Shown here piece by piece: positions 11,371 to 24,463 of a DNA stretch of 64,000 nucleotides. Within the stretch, counting starts at the first letter, position 1. Each line of letters starts with the position of its first letter. The DNA is from Octopus vulgaris (taxonomy: Eukaryota). A program made the position numbers and the translations under genes. The notes beneath the pieces are model-generated. The model was not told the origin of the DNA, did not search any database, and worked only from the letters and a program-made list of their open reading frames with translations. The stretch lies in assembly GCA_951406725.2 (NCBI GenBank), contig OX597829.1, positions 58,280,001-58,344,000 of the forward strand, read 5' to 3'.

Positions 11371-13328
11371 GGCGGAGGTGAAGATCATGGACCGTGCCCG
11401 CTTTGGGATTTGTTTTTTACGGGAACACACTATATCGGGCGATCTTTCGTTTTGACTCGGAAAATGAGTTTCCGTGACCACTTGTCTTGTCAACTGTCAG
11501 TTGACATATCGAAATGGGAAGAGAAAGCCAATGGATCGTGCGTGTTTGTTCCTCTGTGTGTTATATTTACATTCCACAACCCATAAAAATAGAACAAGCA
11601 CTTACACACACACACACAAACAACAAGCACACACACCCACACAACCCATTACCTTTCAATACGTCAACTGACGGTTGGTCACGGAAACTAACGAATTCAG
11701 TGTTTACCTCTTTCGAGTCAAAACGAAAGAATGTCCTATGTCGATGGCGGAGATTCCGAATCTACAAAAAAAAAAAAGCATTTCAAAATTTTAATCCCCC
11801 ACTCCCATTTCTTAGATTAAAAAAAAAATTTCTTTTGGCAAAAAACGTAGAAAAATACGGAGATTATGATTCTGAAAAAATAATTTGTAAAGTTTCAATT
11901 TTTCAAAGACCCCCCCCCCCTTCTTCCTTATGACATGAAGTGAAATTAAAGTATTTTCTCTAATGTTTCCTGACGAACATAACAACCGAACATGTTGTGG
12001 TCAGGGTCTTTTGGAATTAAAAGAGGTACGAAAAAATTAAATTTTTTGCACACACACAACAAAATGACATTAATTTTTTTTTTTTTCCTTTTTTTGGAAA
12101 TTCGTATTTAGAAATTTGATACTCGGTTTGGCTGTTGTTTCTAGCTTGTCAGATTTCCGGTTGGGGCGTACTTAGAAATCGAAAGTTTTTGAAATCCCCA
12201 AAATACGTTTTCATTCTCTGGCAAAGAAAAAAAGGGGTTGGGTGGGTGAAATTTCACTTTCTGTCAAAGGGTGCAGGGGAGGTACTTCTTTTTCTTTTTT
12301 TGAAAAATTGATACATTACCATTATGAAGTAATTTATGGGAAAGTTTTGGTGGGGGAGAGGACTTTCGGAAAATTCCCAAGATCCGAATTTTTCCTCGTT
12401 ATATTCCGAAATCACATCCAACTTTCTACAGATACCCTAACGTAATACTTCTACCCTACGTAGTGTTTATTTCTACCCACTTTCAATAATTTTTAATGTT
12501 TTGGCTTCAATTTTGTTTCATTTTATCTTCCAATTATTTTTTTACCCTTCTGTCGTTATTCTCATTCACTCGTTATTACTTTCTCTGTATATATATATAT
12601 ATATTGTAAATATACATACATCTATATACAGACACGTTATATTTTTACAAACGCACTTCACTGAAGTTACAAAAATTAGTGGAAACGATATCTTGACAAA
12701 AAACCATGTTCGTTTTTGTGGGAAATAAGTCAAAGAGTATTAAAACAAAATATCTTTTGCTAAAATTACTATATATATATATAGATCCCAGGATATATAT
12801 AAAATTTCATTGGAAAAAACACATTTTCCTAAAAGTTACAAGGGAAAAACTCGGATCTTATGAATTTTCCGAGTTACTCACCCCACCCCCTTGGAAAAGA
12901 TTTTACCCACAAATTTCTTCATAATCATAATGTATGCCGTTTGAAAGATATTTATATAAAATTCCGTTGAAAAAAACCCTATTCTCCTAAAAGTTATGAT
13001 GGAAAAACTTGGATCTTGTGAATTTTCCGAGGTTCCCTCCTCCACCCTCCTGTTGCTTTGCGCGCAGTTTTTTTTTTCCCTATAGATTTTTAACACCCGT
13101 TGCACGATTTTATTTCTGATTTTCGTTTCTGGGTCAAGTTGTAAACATTAACAAATTTTTTTCTTCAAAAGTGAAAATTTAAGAAATTGGGGAGGTGAAT
13201 TTAAATTTTCAAAGGCAGATTTTTTGCCGATTCAGATTCTCCGCCCTCCATATAGGACGTTCCTGTCGAAAAAAAAACAACAACAACAAAAAATAAAACG
13301 AATTGGGGTGCGGTCCTTGATCTCCGCC
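11371..13328. mobile_element. Putative non-autonomous TIR element bounded by GGCGGAG..GATCA(T/A)GGACCG(T/C)RCCC inverted ends
   Basis: 11371-11399 vs reverse complement of 13305-13328; internal modules shared with 1-420; no TSD seen. Confidence 0.35.
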
Positions 13329-15167
13329 GAATTTAATGTCTGTGATTACCATGAGTTGTCATTCACGCTGTAAATTCCTCTAATACGTAATCCTGTTTTT
13401 CTTCACAAGCTGATAATATTATCCGGAGTGTATATATTAGCAATAATTATAACAATAGAGAATATGGAAACCGATACATCCTCAATTTATTTCATTTTGC
13501 TTTACAATATCATCAAATTTATTTTAAGGTCACGATGGCCTATATAAAAATATACTAGATGAATCATACAGTATCTTTTTATATAGGTCGTCGTGACCTT
13601 GAAAATAAACTGTAAAAGAAAAGGAAATAAATTGAGGATGTACCAGTTTCCATATTCTCTCTCATCGTCATTTAACGTCCATGCTGGCATGAGTTGTACA
13701 ATTTGATCAGGGCTGGCAAGGCTGGAAGTCTGCCCCAAGTTTGATTTGGCATGGTTTCTACAGCTGGATGCCAACCACTCAGAGTGTAATGGGGTGGTTT
13801 TACGTGCCACTGGCACCGGGGCCATTTTTACGACATCAGCATCTTTCATGAGTGCAGTTTTACTTCTCAAACATGGTATGATGCCAAATGGACGCAATCA
13901 TTGCTTGTGTGTGTGTGTGTATATGTGCAGAAAAACTTGTGTGTGCTTATATAATTGTACACATATCTTTATCAATTGAAGAATATCATAAAAGAATACA
14001 CCAGCAGATATACATTGTCTTAACTTCATACACAGCAAAAACATACAAACACACATGTAGTGGATCTCTTCATGGCATTTCTCCTCACCTGCAAATGCTT
14101 CCATGTCAATCATGCACATATATAAAATAGATGTCACTCATACAACACCTGGCTGCAGCTCTAAAACATACCAGCCCTGTCTATGGTAAATAATAAAAGG
14201 AATAGTTGAGGAAACATGTTAGTTGATTCATTTTATACAAAGTTGCAGTTCTTCTGGAAAATATTCCTCAAAAACATAATGCCAATAATTCCTCACTGCT
14301 AGTTTGTGTAACTTATTTTCAATATTAATTGTTCATTCATGCTTCTTATTTTTCTCCTTTTTATTCTTCATGCGTAGGGAAAACAGTCGAAGACAGTTGG
14401 GATTATTCAGTTTAGAAATATTTTATATCTTATAATAGCCTTCTCGTTATCTTTCTGCTGCTAGTGAAGAAGATCAAGCAGCAGTAGGACAGACAAGATG
14501 AAGAACCTTGCAATTTGAAACTCTATCGATATTTTCTGGCTGCCAGTTTCGCTATTAACTATTTTGAATAAACAAATAAAATCTGCTTCCTTACTACAGT
14601 CTGGTTTTCACTTTAAATACTGTAATATTGCACTTTATGATCAAATACTGCATTTGGTAGGGTTGTACTTAAATTTAAAGGCAATGCTCAGGGTCATGTG
14701 CTGGAATTGAACTGTAATCTTAGATGTTGCCTGGTTTGTTTGCATGTGTGTATTCTTCCTTTATTTGTTAGTGATTGCACTATATTTGTGGAGTGGTTGT
14801 GCTGTTATTTCTAGCATTTCAAGTGTTTCCAGATATGTTCTACTCTCATAGCAGCAAAGAGAAAGAGAGCCAGAAAAACAATCTATAAATATTCTATAGA
14901 AACAGTTAGAGACAGTAAAGCCTACAACTCAAGGGAAAGAAGCTTACGTCTCTTAATCTAAAGTTTCATTTTTGGAATTCATAAAGATTAATAAATATCC
15001 CCAAAAAACAGAAATGACTTGTACATAACAGCTACAGCTGTTAGAAATAACAGCCAAATGCCCCTCCAATTAGATAGGTATTACATGTTGTGCAACTCCC
15101 TCTGTCTTTCTGCCTGCTAACCACGTTAGAAAATCTAGATATATATACACACACACACACATTCATA

Positions 15168-17153
15168 TCATCATCATTGTTTAACATTCCATGGCTTGGA
15201 CGGTTTGACTGAGGGCTGGCAAGCCAGGAGGCCTCACCAAGCTCCAGTCTGATCTGGCAGTGTTTCTACAGCTGGAAGCCCTTCCTAACACCAACTACTC
15301 CGAGAGAAGTGGGTGCTTTTTATGTGCTACTGACATGGGAGCCAATCAGGCAGCACTGGCATTGGCCACATTCAGATAGTGCTTTTTACGTACTACCAGC
15401 ATAGGGGCCAGGTGGGGTGGGCGGCGGTAGGGGGCTGGCATCAACCACGTTTGGATGGTGCTTTTTATGTGCCACCGACACAGGGAGGCACTGGCAATGA
15501 CCCACTCATGTTCAGTGCTTATTGCGTGCCACCAGCACAAGAGCCAGTCAGGTGGTACTGGCATTGGACACAACTATTTCCATTTGATTTTCATTTTACT
15601 TGACTCAATAGGTCTCCTTGAGCATGGTGTGTCACCATACTTTTTAAATGGGTTGGTTTTTGCAACACTGGTGTAGGCTACAGCTGTGGACTCACTTTAT
15701 TTGCCGGGTCTTCTCAGTCACATCATATCTCCAGAGGTCTTGGTCTTTCAGCATTGCTTCTGTGAAACCTAATGTTTGAAGGTCATGCTTCACCCCCTCA
15801 TCCCATGTCTTCCTCTTCAACAGGTTCCTTCCAATGTTAGGGAGTGACACTTCTTCACACAGCCCTCCTCATCCATATGCAGCACATGACCATACCAGAA
15901 CAGTTGTCTTTCGATTTCACTTGCCTCAAAAGGTCTTCGCAAGCAGAGTTTAGTGTCCAAAGAAGGAAAGGGTACGCATAAGTGGGATGGTTACGCCCCT
16001 GGCACAGACCACGAGGTTATGGTTTCACTTGGCTTGCTGGGTCTTCTCAAGCACAGCATATTTCCAAAGGTCTCGGTCACTAGTCATTGCCTTGGTGAGG
16101 CCTAATGTTTGAAGGTCATGCTTCACCACCTCATCCCAGGTCTTCCTGGGTCTACCTCTTCCACAGGTTCCCTCAACCTCTAAGGTGTGGTACTTTTTCA
16201 CACATCGATCCTCATCCATTCTTACCACGTGTCCATACCAGCGCAGTCGTCTTTCTTGCACACCACATCTGATGCTTCTTAGGTCCAACTTTTCTCTCAA
16301 GGTACTTACACCCTGTCGAGTATGAACACTGACGTTACACATCCATCGGATCATACTGGCTTCATTCCTTGTGAGCTTACGCATGTCCTCAGCAGTCACG
16401 GCCCATGTTTCACTGTCATGTAGCATGGCTGTTCGTACACATGCGTCATACAGTCTACCTTTTACTCTGAGCGAGAGGCCCTTTGTCACCAGCAGAGGTA
16501 AGAGCTCTCTGAACTTTGCCAAAGCTATTCTTACTCTAGCAGTTACACTTTCAGCGCACCCACCCCCACTACTGACTTGGTCACCTAGGTAACAGAAGCT
16601 ATCAACTATTTCTAGTTTTTCCCCCTGGAAAGTGACGGAAGTTGTTTTCTGCATATTTTCAGTGTTTATTGCTCCTGAGCATCTGCCACATACAAAAACT
16701 ATTTTCCTAGTTAGCCTTCCTTTGACATTGCTGCACCTCTTATGTGTCCATAACTTACACTTGGTGCATCCTATAGAGTTTCTACCTACGCCCTTTCTAC
16801 AGATTGAGCAGGGCCATCTACCCGAAGGCGTTTGTGATTTGTCTACCTTCCTACTTATTAGGACTTTGGTTTTAGCTAGGTTGACTCTAAGGCCCTTCGA
16901 TTCTAATCCTTGCTTCTACACCTGAAACTTCTCCTCCAGGTCTGATAGTGACACAGCAATTAGAGCAAGGTCATCAGCATAGAGGAGCTCCCAGGGGCAT
17001 CCTGTCTTGAATTCCTCCGTTATTGCCTGGAGGACTATGATAAATAGGAGGGGGCTGAGGACTGAGCCTTGGTGGACCCCAACCTCTACCCGGAATTCTT
17101 CACAGTACTCGTTGCCAACCCTCACCTTACTGACAGTGTCCCTGTACATGGCT
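15168..17153 (-). mobile_element. RTE-clade LINE, 5'-truncated (two stacked 3' fragments, junction ~15912)
   Basis: GVHQGSVLSPLLF, LLYADDL, F.YLG, RRLRWYGHV.RM, GRGRPRKTW; 3' tail ends in (GAT)n. Confidence 0.93.
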
Positions 17154-17159
17154 TGTTTC

Positions 17160-18090
17160 AGGACACTTCAACATCAAAGGAGATGTAGACAGGCTATGCT
17201 TCCCATTCAGGGATGGTGGTCATCGTCTCACATTGGTATTGATGTCATATGAAGCACGGATTGTGACACTGAAACATCTGCAGCAGGAGGAGACCAGTAA
17301 CTATCTTACCGAAGTTTGTGACCAGTAAATGAAAAACATAATTAGCTAATTAATAAGAGGAGAGATATGAAATAAGAACTGATACAGATCTCTTGCCAAG
17401 TAGTATTGGTAAAATCTACTTATCAGAACAACAGAAGACAAAAATGAACCAGTTCACAGAGAAAACAGTACATGGATACTTCAAAGGCTACATCCATGTA
17501 ATCCAAGAACCAGAGATCCCCACCAAGTACCAACAACATAAAAAGCAGAAAACGTTGACAGACAAATGTAGGCAGCACAAGATCAAAACTGAAGACATCA
17601 ACCACATTATTTGCAACTGTGAGAGAATATCTTCCCATGAGACAATGGTGGCGAGAACAGCTTAGAACAGGCTTACAAAAAAGAATACCCAAAGATGAAG
17701 TTGATTATATTGAGACTGATGGGTCAAAAGAATATTAAAGAAACTTAAAAATTAAAACAACCAGCCAAATATTGTTGTGTGGGAGCACAAAGAAATATGT
17801 TCTATTGTGAAAATCAGCTGTCCCTTAAACATAAATGTGGTTAGAAAAATAGAGGAGAAAAAGGACATCTATGGACCATTGGTAAGGAGTTTGCAAATCT
17901 GGTACCCAAGATACACTTTCAGTTTCATGCTCATTATTATTAGAGCAACAGGATACATACCAACCAGTCTGGAGCAAAGTATGGCTGAACATGGAATCTT
18001 GGGGTGAGAATGCAAATCATTAATTCGTAAGCTACAAATGGTCATGATAGTTGGGATTATAAAAATCTGTAAGACCTTAAGATTTAAAGG
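17160..18090 (+). mobile_element. Degenerate restriction-like-endonuclease non-LTR retroelement (R4/Dong-like) 3' part
   Basis: DKCR....EDINHIICNC (CCHC-like); P.IVVW...C.IV.ISCP..NV..K..EK...Y..L; IIIRATG.IP. Confidence 0.6.
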
Positions 18091-19784
18091 ACAACAGTTA
18101 AATCAACACACACACACACAAGCAACAACAATTATCAAATCATTTTCTGACAGGAAGAAAACACCCAACATCAAAGGTGAAGGATATTAATTTAACAGTT
18201 CAAGGACAATAACTCTTGTAGAATATGACGTGTTACTTCCCTTTATGCTGTTAAATTCATTTGGTGCGGCACAATTTTGAATTGAAATCATTTTAAGTCA
18301 ACTTTGTTTTTTGTCCTTCAGTTGACAATAAAATAAAGCAGCAGTGGTCGCTTCTCGTGTGTGTTTGTAAAAGAAGTTTAAAGAATTTCGTTAAAAAACA
18401 AAACAAAACTGTAATTAGAATATCGATATTTTGAATAAAATAAATTTATTTTTGCATTATTTCAATTTTTTTCTTTTTAACATAGATGCATCAATATAAA
18501 CAAAAGCATAAATTCATAATTAATATGAATAATTCAAAAAGAAAAACTAATTAAATTGTGTCCAAATAGTTGACATGATATCAGTAATTCTTTTTTTGTT
18601 TTGTTTTTTTAATTTTGTAGGTTTGATGGCTTGACAGGTTCCAATGTGTCCAAGGACTGCATCATGTTCCAATGTCTGCTTTGGTATGATTTCTACAGCT
18701 GGATGCCCTTCCTACCACTTTACATCTTCCTTTCATGCTGGCATGGGGTTGGATGGCTTGACAGGAGTTGGCAAATCAGAAGAATGGACTAAGCTCTGCT
18801 TTGTGCTTTGGGTAGGGTTTCTAAGGCCGGATACCTTTCCTAATGCCAACCACTCTGCAAAGTGGACTGGGTGCTTTTCATGAGGCACCTGCACTATTGA
18901 AGTCACCATAAAGCTTGCAGAGCTTCAAGCCCTGGGAGGGAGTCAGCTTCATGCTAGGGAATGAAGGGACTGAACTATGAGAAGGGGGTTTGGTAGGGCA
19001 GGTCTTGTAAGGGATCTCTTAAGGCTACTCACACTTAGCAAGGGAAGGAGAGAGAAAGAGAACATGAAAAGTAGGAGCTGCAAGAGACAGATAATGGCAA
19101 TGAGGTACCTAAGTGGTCCCACAAGGCACAAAGTGAATTGAAGAATTAGTTTGCAAGATTGTATGGAGGAGGAGAATGAGGCGATGGGGGTAGACTGCTC
19201 GAATGGATAGAGTTGAAGGGTGAACGAGCAAAGTTTTACAAGTTAGAGGAGAGAGAGAGAGAGAGAGAGCGCGGGATAGAAAAGAGTAGGTGATATATTT
19301 GCTGGGGCAGAGGGTAGACAAGAAAAGGAGACAGCATGGGTTGTCTGTAGGCATCCAGCAAGAAAGAGAATTAGTTATCTTAAGATTTTCAAGCTTTGGT
19401 CTGGAATAATATCTTACAAAATGAAACTCATATGTAATTGTTAAAAAAAGAAAAATATTAGTTTTTTTTTCTGTGAAACATAAACTGCATTAAAATTGCG
19501 GAATGAAAAAAAGACAATCTTAAATGTTATAAAACAAAACGAAAATAGTTAATTGAATTAAAAGTGAGAAATGTTGAAGGAATACAAGTTTAATAGCTCT
19601 GTGGTCCCTTTTTCAACCTTCAATTTTCTTTCATTTCTCATGTATGAAAAAAAGCAAAAAAAAAGTGGGGTTTATGAAGTAAATATGAATGTTGTTATTA
19701 TGTTATTATTCGAATGGGAAAAAAGCTTCATCTTAACATCTGTATATGGATGCAATATTACTTTGCTAGAATGATTTTCAATGA

Positions 19785-20485
19785 GTGGAATTATGCTTCA
19801 AGCATGCAATATAACCCCTCACTTTTTTACTTTTTCAGAGTTTTCAGAAAATTTTTGCATATTTTTGTTCTACACATGGGAATTCATACCATTATGAAAA
19901 AATCCTAGCAAAAAAAGGGGTATTTAGCAGTTATTTTCAGCACACCTCGCAATTATCTCACACCATCCTTATTTGTTTGTCAGTATTGATATTTGTCAAC
20001 ATCTTTCTCTCCACAAACACATTTAATTGTCTATTGTTGGAATTTAAGCCAAAAATTTGGACTGTCAGTATATCAAACTGATTTTCTAAAAAGAATTAAA
20101 AAAAAAAATTTCACCAAATTTTAAAAAGGTTTTTTTTTTCATAGTCATGTGAATTCCTATGTGTAGAATACAAATTTGCAAAAATTCTCTGAAAATACTA
20201 AAATCTAAAAAAAGTTATGAGGAGTTATATAGCATGCTGAACCCTTTAGCATTTAAATTGGCCCAATCAAGCCCAAATGACCTGGCTGTTTTATGCTCAA
20301 GCTGACTGGTTCTGTCCTCTTACCCCTCCCCTACAATGTCATTCTAAAACTAAACAATCACATCCTTGAAATCTTGAAGTTACAAGATAATGCACAATAA
20401 ATTCAAAACAACTTTTAAATGAATGAGCACTGCATTTGCTAGAGTAATCCGAATGCTAAAGGGTCAAAGCAGAATTCTGCCTTTC
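19785..20485. mobile_element. MITE family A (~110-bp TIRs) with a nested piggyBac-like MITE in its right TIR
   Basis: 19785-19905 is inverted to 20135-20240 plus 20467-20485; an uninterrupted relative lies at ~32298-32748. Confidence 0.7.
20240..20466. mobile_element. piggyBac-like MITE (AACCCTTTAGCATT...AATGCTAAAGGGT ends)
   Basis: Same ends at ~32787-33101, ~25003-25108 and ~42345-42376; CCC/GGG termini next to TTAA-like sites. Confidence 0.6.
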
Positions 20486-20524
20486 AACTTGTGTGTGTGT
20501 GTAGGTGTGTGTGTGTGTGTGTGT

Positions 20525-20960
20525 AATTTACTTTTCCTTAAAGTAAGATCAGCAAAAATGTACTCTGTCCAGTGAGAGAAAAATATCGTTTGATGTACAC
20601 AGTATTGTACATTAGAGATGTGGTCTAGGCAACTTGTAATAGATGCCTAGCATCTCCAAGCAATCCATAGGCTCTGAGCACATGGTCTATACAAATCAAG
20701 AGGATAGAATGAAAGAAATCATAAGAAAAAAACAAGAGGAAGGTGGATACAAAATATGGAAGGGCAAAAAAAGCAGAAAAAAGAACAAAAAAGCAATTAG
20801 AGTTCTATCATCCTGATTTGTAACTGCAAGCCATGTACTCAGAGCCAGAGGATTGCTTGGAGACATTAGGTATGTATTAAAACCTGCCTAGATCACGTTT
20901 CTAATGTTTGAAACTTATAAGTGGCTCATAACTTCATACTGTGTACATTAAATGATATAT
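20525..20960. mobile_element. Palindromic MITE family B, beginning 57 nt past the myophilin stop codon
   Basis: 20583-20685 is inverted to 20831-20960; a relative lies at 36131-36420. Confidence 0.75.
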
Positions 20961-21017
20961 ATGAAAAGAAGAAAAAAAATTTTTAAGTCACATTTAAGAA
21001 GGTAAGAAGAAATATCT

Positions 21018-21200
21018 TCAGTCAACAATGCTTCGTGATTTGCCAAAATTCATTCCTGCTTGAGAAGCACCTTTATTGGTGCCCATTTGAAGACTTATAA
21101 TATTGTTGCCAGCCATTAACTGTTCATCTGTAAAACTCCGTTCATTTTTCTCTGCTTCCTTTGGTCCTATACATGGACCAGGATATCCCTTCTGACGTGC
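21018..21200 (-). CDS. Myophilin-like last coding exon: ARQKGYPGPCIGPKEAEKNERSFTDEQLMAGNNIISLQMGTNKGASQAGMNFGKSRSIVD* (single calponin/CLIK repeat); full protein 195 aa
   Basis: T-rich tract and TAG acceptor; 183 nt ending in TGA; ISLQMGTNKGASQAGM is the calponin-family repeat. Confidence 0.96.
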   Translation of the reverse strand, partial: ARQKGYPGPCIGPKEAEKNERSFTDEQLMAGNNIISLQMGTNKGASQAGMNFGKSRSIVD

Positions 21201-21244
21201 CTAGTTAAAGAGAAAAAAAAAAATCAAAAATTAAAAAAATTAGT

Positions 21245-21712
21245 TATTAGTGGTTGAAGTAGACATCAAGATTAGAAAGACAGAAGCATGGACAGTCTGT
21301 CACAAACTAAAGGAAGTCTGGAACTCCAAATTGCCCAGGCAAATTGAAATCTAACTCTTCATTGCAAATGTCATGGCATTGAAATATGGACAGTGACAAA
21401 GAAGTTGTCAAACAGGCTAAATAGATGCTAGGAATAGCCCTAAATGTGAAATGGGAGACAATTTGTAGCGTGTGAAATGGCAGAAACATATAACAAATGA
21501 ATGCCTTTATGGAGAACTGCTGAAAGTTAGTGAGAAGATCAGGCAAAGATGGCTGCAACTGGTTGGTCACTGGGTGCACCACCCTGAAATAGAAGCATCC
21601 AAATTAAGTCTTGTGGAACCCACGTCATGGTGATGTAAGATGAGGGAAAAGTCGTCACATACACATTGATAACTTGATTGCAGATGCTGGCCTAGAATTT
21701 ATCTAGGACCTC
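21245..21712 (+). mobile_element. Old RTE-like LINE C-terminal fragment (homologous piece at ~38960-39105, minus strand)
   Basis: DIKIRKTEAWTVCHKLKEVWNSKLPRQI; R..LQLVGH. Confidence 0.6.
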
Positions 21713-21714
21713 GA

Positions 21715-23920
21715 GATAAGTCGAGTACATTGACCCTAGTGCACAACTGGTACTAATTTTATTGAACTGAGAACACAAATACAGATGAAATGCTGCTGTT
21801 TTATTGACTCCATAAGGATGAGTGGCAAAGTTGATCTCGGTGGAATTTGAACTGGGAACATAGACTGACAAAATACTGCTAAGCATGCTAATCGTTCTGC
21901 CCACTCACCACCTAAAATAAAAATAATAATGGTTTCAAATTTTGGCACAGGGCCATTCAGATGACAGGGTAAGTTGATTACATTGACCCCACGGCTCAAC
22001 TGATACTTATTTTACCAACCCCAAAAGGCAAAGTCGATCTGAATTCAGAACAAATAAAATACTACAACTAAGCATTTTGCACCGTGTCCTAATGATTCTG
22101 CCAGCTCATTGTCATAATGATGATGGTCAATCCTATCGATTTTGATTCATGAGTGATTAAAGATGATTTAAAAAACAAAACAAAAACAGGAAAAAAACAA
22201 CAATCATCTTTAAAAAAAAGAAAAAGCTGCATCTATTTGCAATGGACGTGTGAATGTAATTTGAGTCGAGGAATGGATTTTGCTTTGAAGTCACATTGGG
22301 AGACATTAATGATCTTGATTTTGCCTGGGATTCGCTGTGTCTGTTAGTGGCAGGATAGAATTCTTTTATTGTTCTGATTCTTCAACTCAAATTGTTTTGG
22401 TACATCATGACACATTTTATGCCAAGCAGATCAATCAAGGCAAAGATTTTCCAAAAATGTCAAATAATAATAATAATAATAATAATAACAACAATAATAA
22501 TAATCCTTTCTACTATTGGCACAAGGCCTGAATTTCTGAGAAGGGGTAAGTTGATTATATTGACCCCAGTGCACAACTGCTACTTATTTTATCAACCTCA
22601 AAAGGATGGAAGGCCAAATCAGTCTTGGCAGAATTTGAACACAAAACATGAAGACAATGAAATGCCACTAAGCATTTCACCCAGCACGCTTCCTTAAAAT
22701 AATAATGGCTATGAAAAGTTTCTCTTTCCGAGTGAAAGGAATATTGTATGATGCATGTATACAGACAGCAGTTCTACACGCTAGAGAGACGTGGGCCCAG
22801 AATGCAGAGGTCATGCAAAGGTTAGAAAGGAAAGAAGCTAGTATGCTCTGCTGGATGTGTAATATAAGTGCACATGTTTGACAAAGGGCTAGTGCTTTGA
22901 GAGAGAAGTTGAGCATAAGAGGACTTGGTTCTTGTGTGCAAGAGAGAACACTGCACTGGTTTGGTTTGCTCCATAAAGAAGAGCCGATCTCTCAAAGGTG
23001 ATGGAACATGTGAAAGTGGATGCCATGGGTAGACGTTGGATGAAGTACTAAAGAACAACCTGAGGATGCTGAACCTTTCAGGTGAGATGACAAAGGACCG
23101 AGATGCTCGGTGCCTTGCTCTACTCAAGAATATAGTCTGCAGCAGAAATGTTAAGACCAGTGCCACTGGTGGAGAGGATTGCAAAAATCCTGTGTGGGTG
23201 CCGCATGAAAAGTACTCATGCCAGTGTCACATACAAGTCCTCATGGGATATCATGTAAACACACTCATGCAATATCATATGAAAAGCACCCAGCACACTC
23301 TGTAAAGTGGTTGGCATGTTAGGAAGGGCAACCAGTAATAGAAATCATGCCAAAACAGAATGGAGCCTGGTGCAACTCCCCAGCTTGCCAGCTCTGGTCA
23401 AACCATCCAACTTGTGCCAGTATGGACAATGGATGCTAAATGAAAAAGCAAAATAATAATGGTTTCAAATTTTGGCACAAGGCCAGCGATTTTGGCAGGG
23501 AGGGGTTAGGACAGTTACATTGACCCCAGTGTTCCAATGGTACATCGACCCCAAAAGGATGAAAGGCAAAGTCAACCTCGGTGGAATTTGAACTCAGAAC
23601 ATAGTGATGGGTGAAATACCACAAAGCATTTTGCCAGGCAAGCTAATGATTCAAGCAGATTGCCACCTTAATAATAATAATTATAATAATAATTGCTTCA
23701 AATTTAACCACAAGGGCAGCAATTTTGGAGGAGGAGATGAGTCAATTACATCAACCCCAGTATGTAACTGGTACTTATTTTATTGACCCCGAGAGGATGA
23801 AAGGCAAAGTCGCCCTTGGCGGAATTTGAACTCAGAACAAAGGCAGACGAAATGCCGCTAAGCATTTTACCTAGCGTACTAACAATTCTGCCAGCTCGCT
23901 GTCATAATAATAATAATATT
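21715..23920 (-). repeat. Cluster of ~5 head-to-tail SINE-B copies with (AAT)n tracts, interrupted by an old RTE (22705-23440, +)
   Basis: Recurrent GACCCC.AAAGGATGAAAGGCAAAGTC.ACCTCGG.GGAATTTGAACTCAGAA; best copy at 48222-48450 (+). Confidence 0.75.
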
Positions 23921-23924
23921 GTTA

Positions 23925-24190
23925 ATTGAGAAAGAAAGTAAACTATACTGGATTGTAGATATAGCATGCCCAGCTGACAACAAGGTAAGTCGAGAGATAT
24001 GACAGGTTAGCTTGGGAAGTTAAGCAGTTGTGGTTGATGAAAATGGTAGCAGTAGTACCAATAATTATCGGAGCCCTGGGAACAGTGAGCATTAAATCTG
24101 AAGAAGTGTGTGGAACAAATAGGGGCTGCAATAAGGGTGAAGCATTTGCAGAAAACACCACTGCTTGGAACTGCTCGATAGTGAACAGCT
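23925..24190 (+). mobile_element. R4/Dong-like RLE retroelement 3' fragment between (TAA)n tracts
   Basis: WIVDIACPAD, VVVPIIIGALGTV, LQKTPLLGTA; (TAA)n on both sides. Confidence 0.7.
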
Positions 24191-24197
24191 GACAATA

Positions 24198-24230
<33 letters not shown>

Positions 24231-24233
24231 TAC

Positions 24234-24438
24234 CTTTCTTCCTAAAGCATGTAGAGTATTAACAACTTGTAGCATATTCGTGTTGTCATAAAGATCAACA
24301 GTCTGAAATAGATCATTCTTCAGAACACCATAAGATTCGATGGCTTTTAAAAAGTTTGCAATATTCTCCATCATGTAAAAGGCAGATTTATTTGTGTTTA
24401 CCTTCCTAATGCTGTTTGGAGATAACTGATTCATTAAC
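24234..24438 (-). CDS. Myophilin-like coding exon 4: (K)LMNQLSPNSIRKVNTNKSAFYMMENIANFLKAIESYGVLKNDLFQTVDLYDNTNMLQVVNTLHALGRK
   Basis: CAG acceptor; first G completes the AAG split codon; 205 nt; GTAATT donor. MENI..FL and DLFQTVDLY motifs. Confidence 0.96.
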
Positions 24439-24463
24439 CTGGTAATATAAAATGAAATACAAA

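Noticed and set aside
14378-14580. Possible terminal exon of a plus-strand gene (acceptor plus AATAAA)
   Set aside because: No recognisable protein in any frame and no supported upstream exons.
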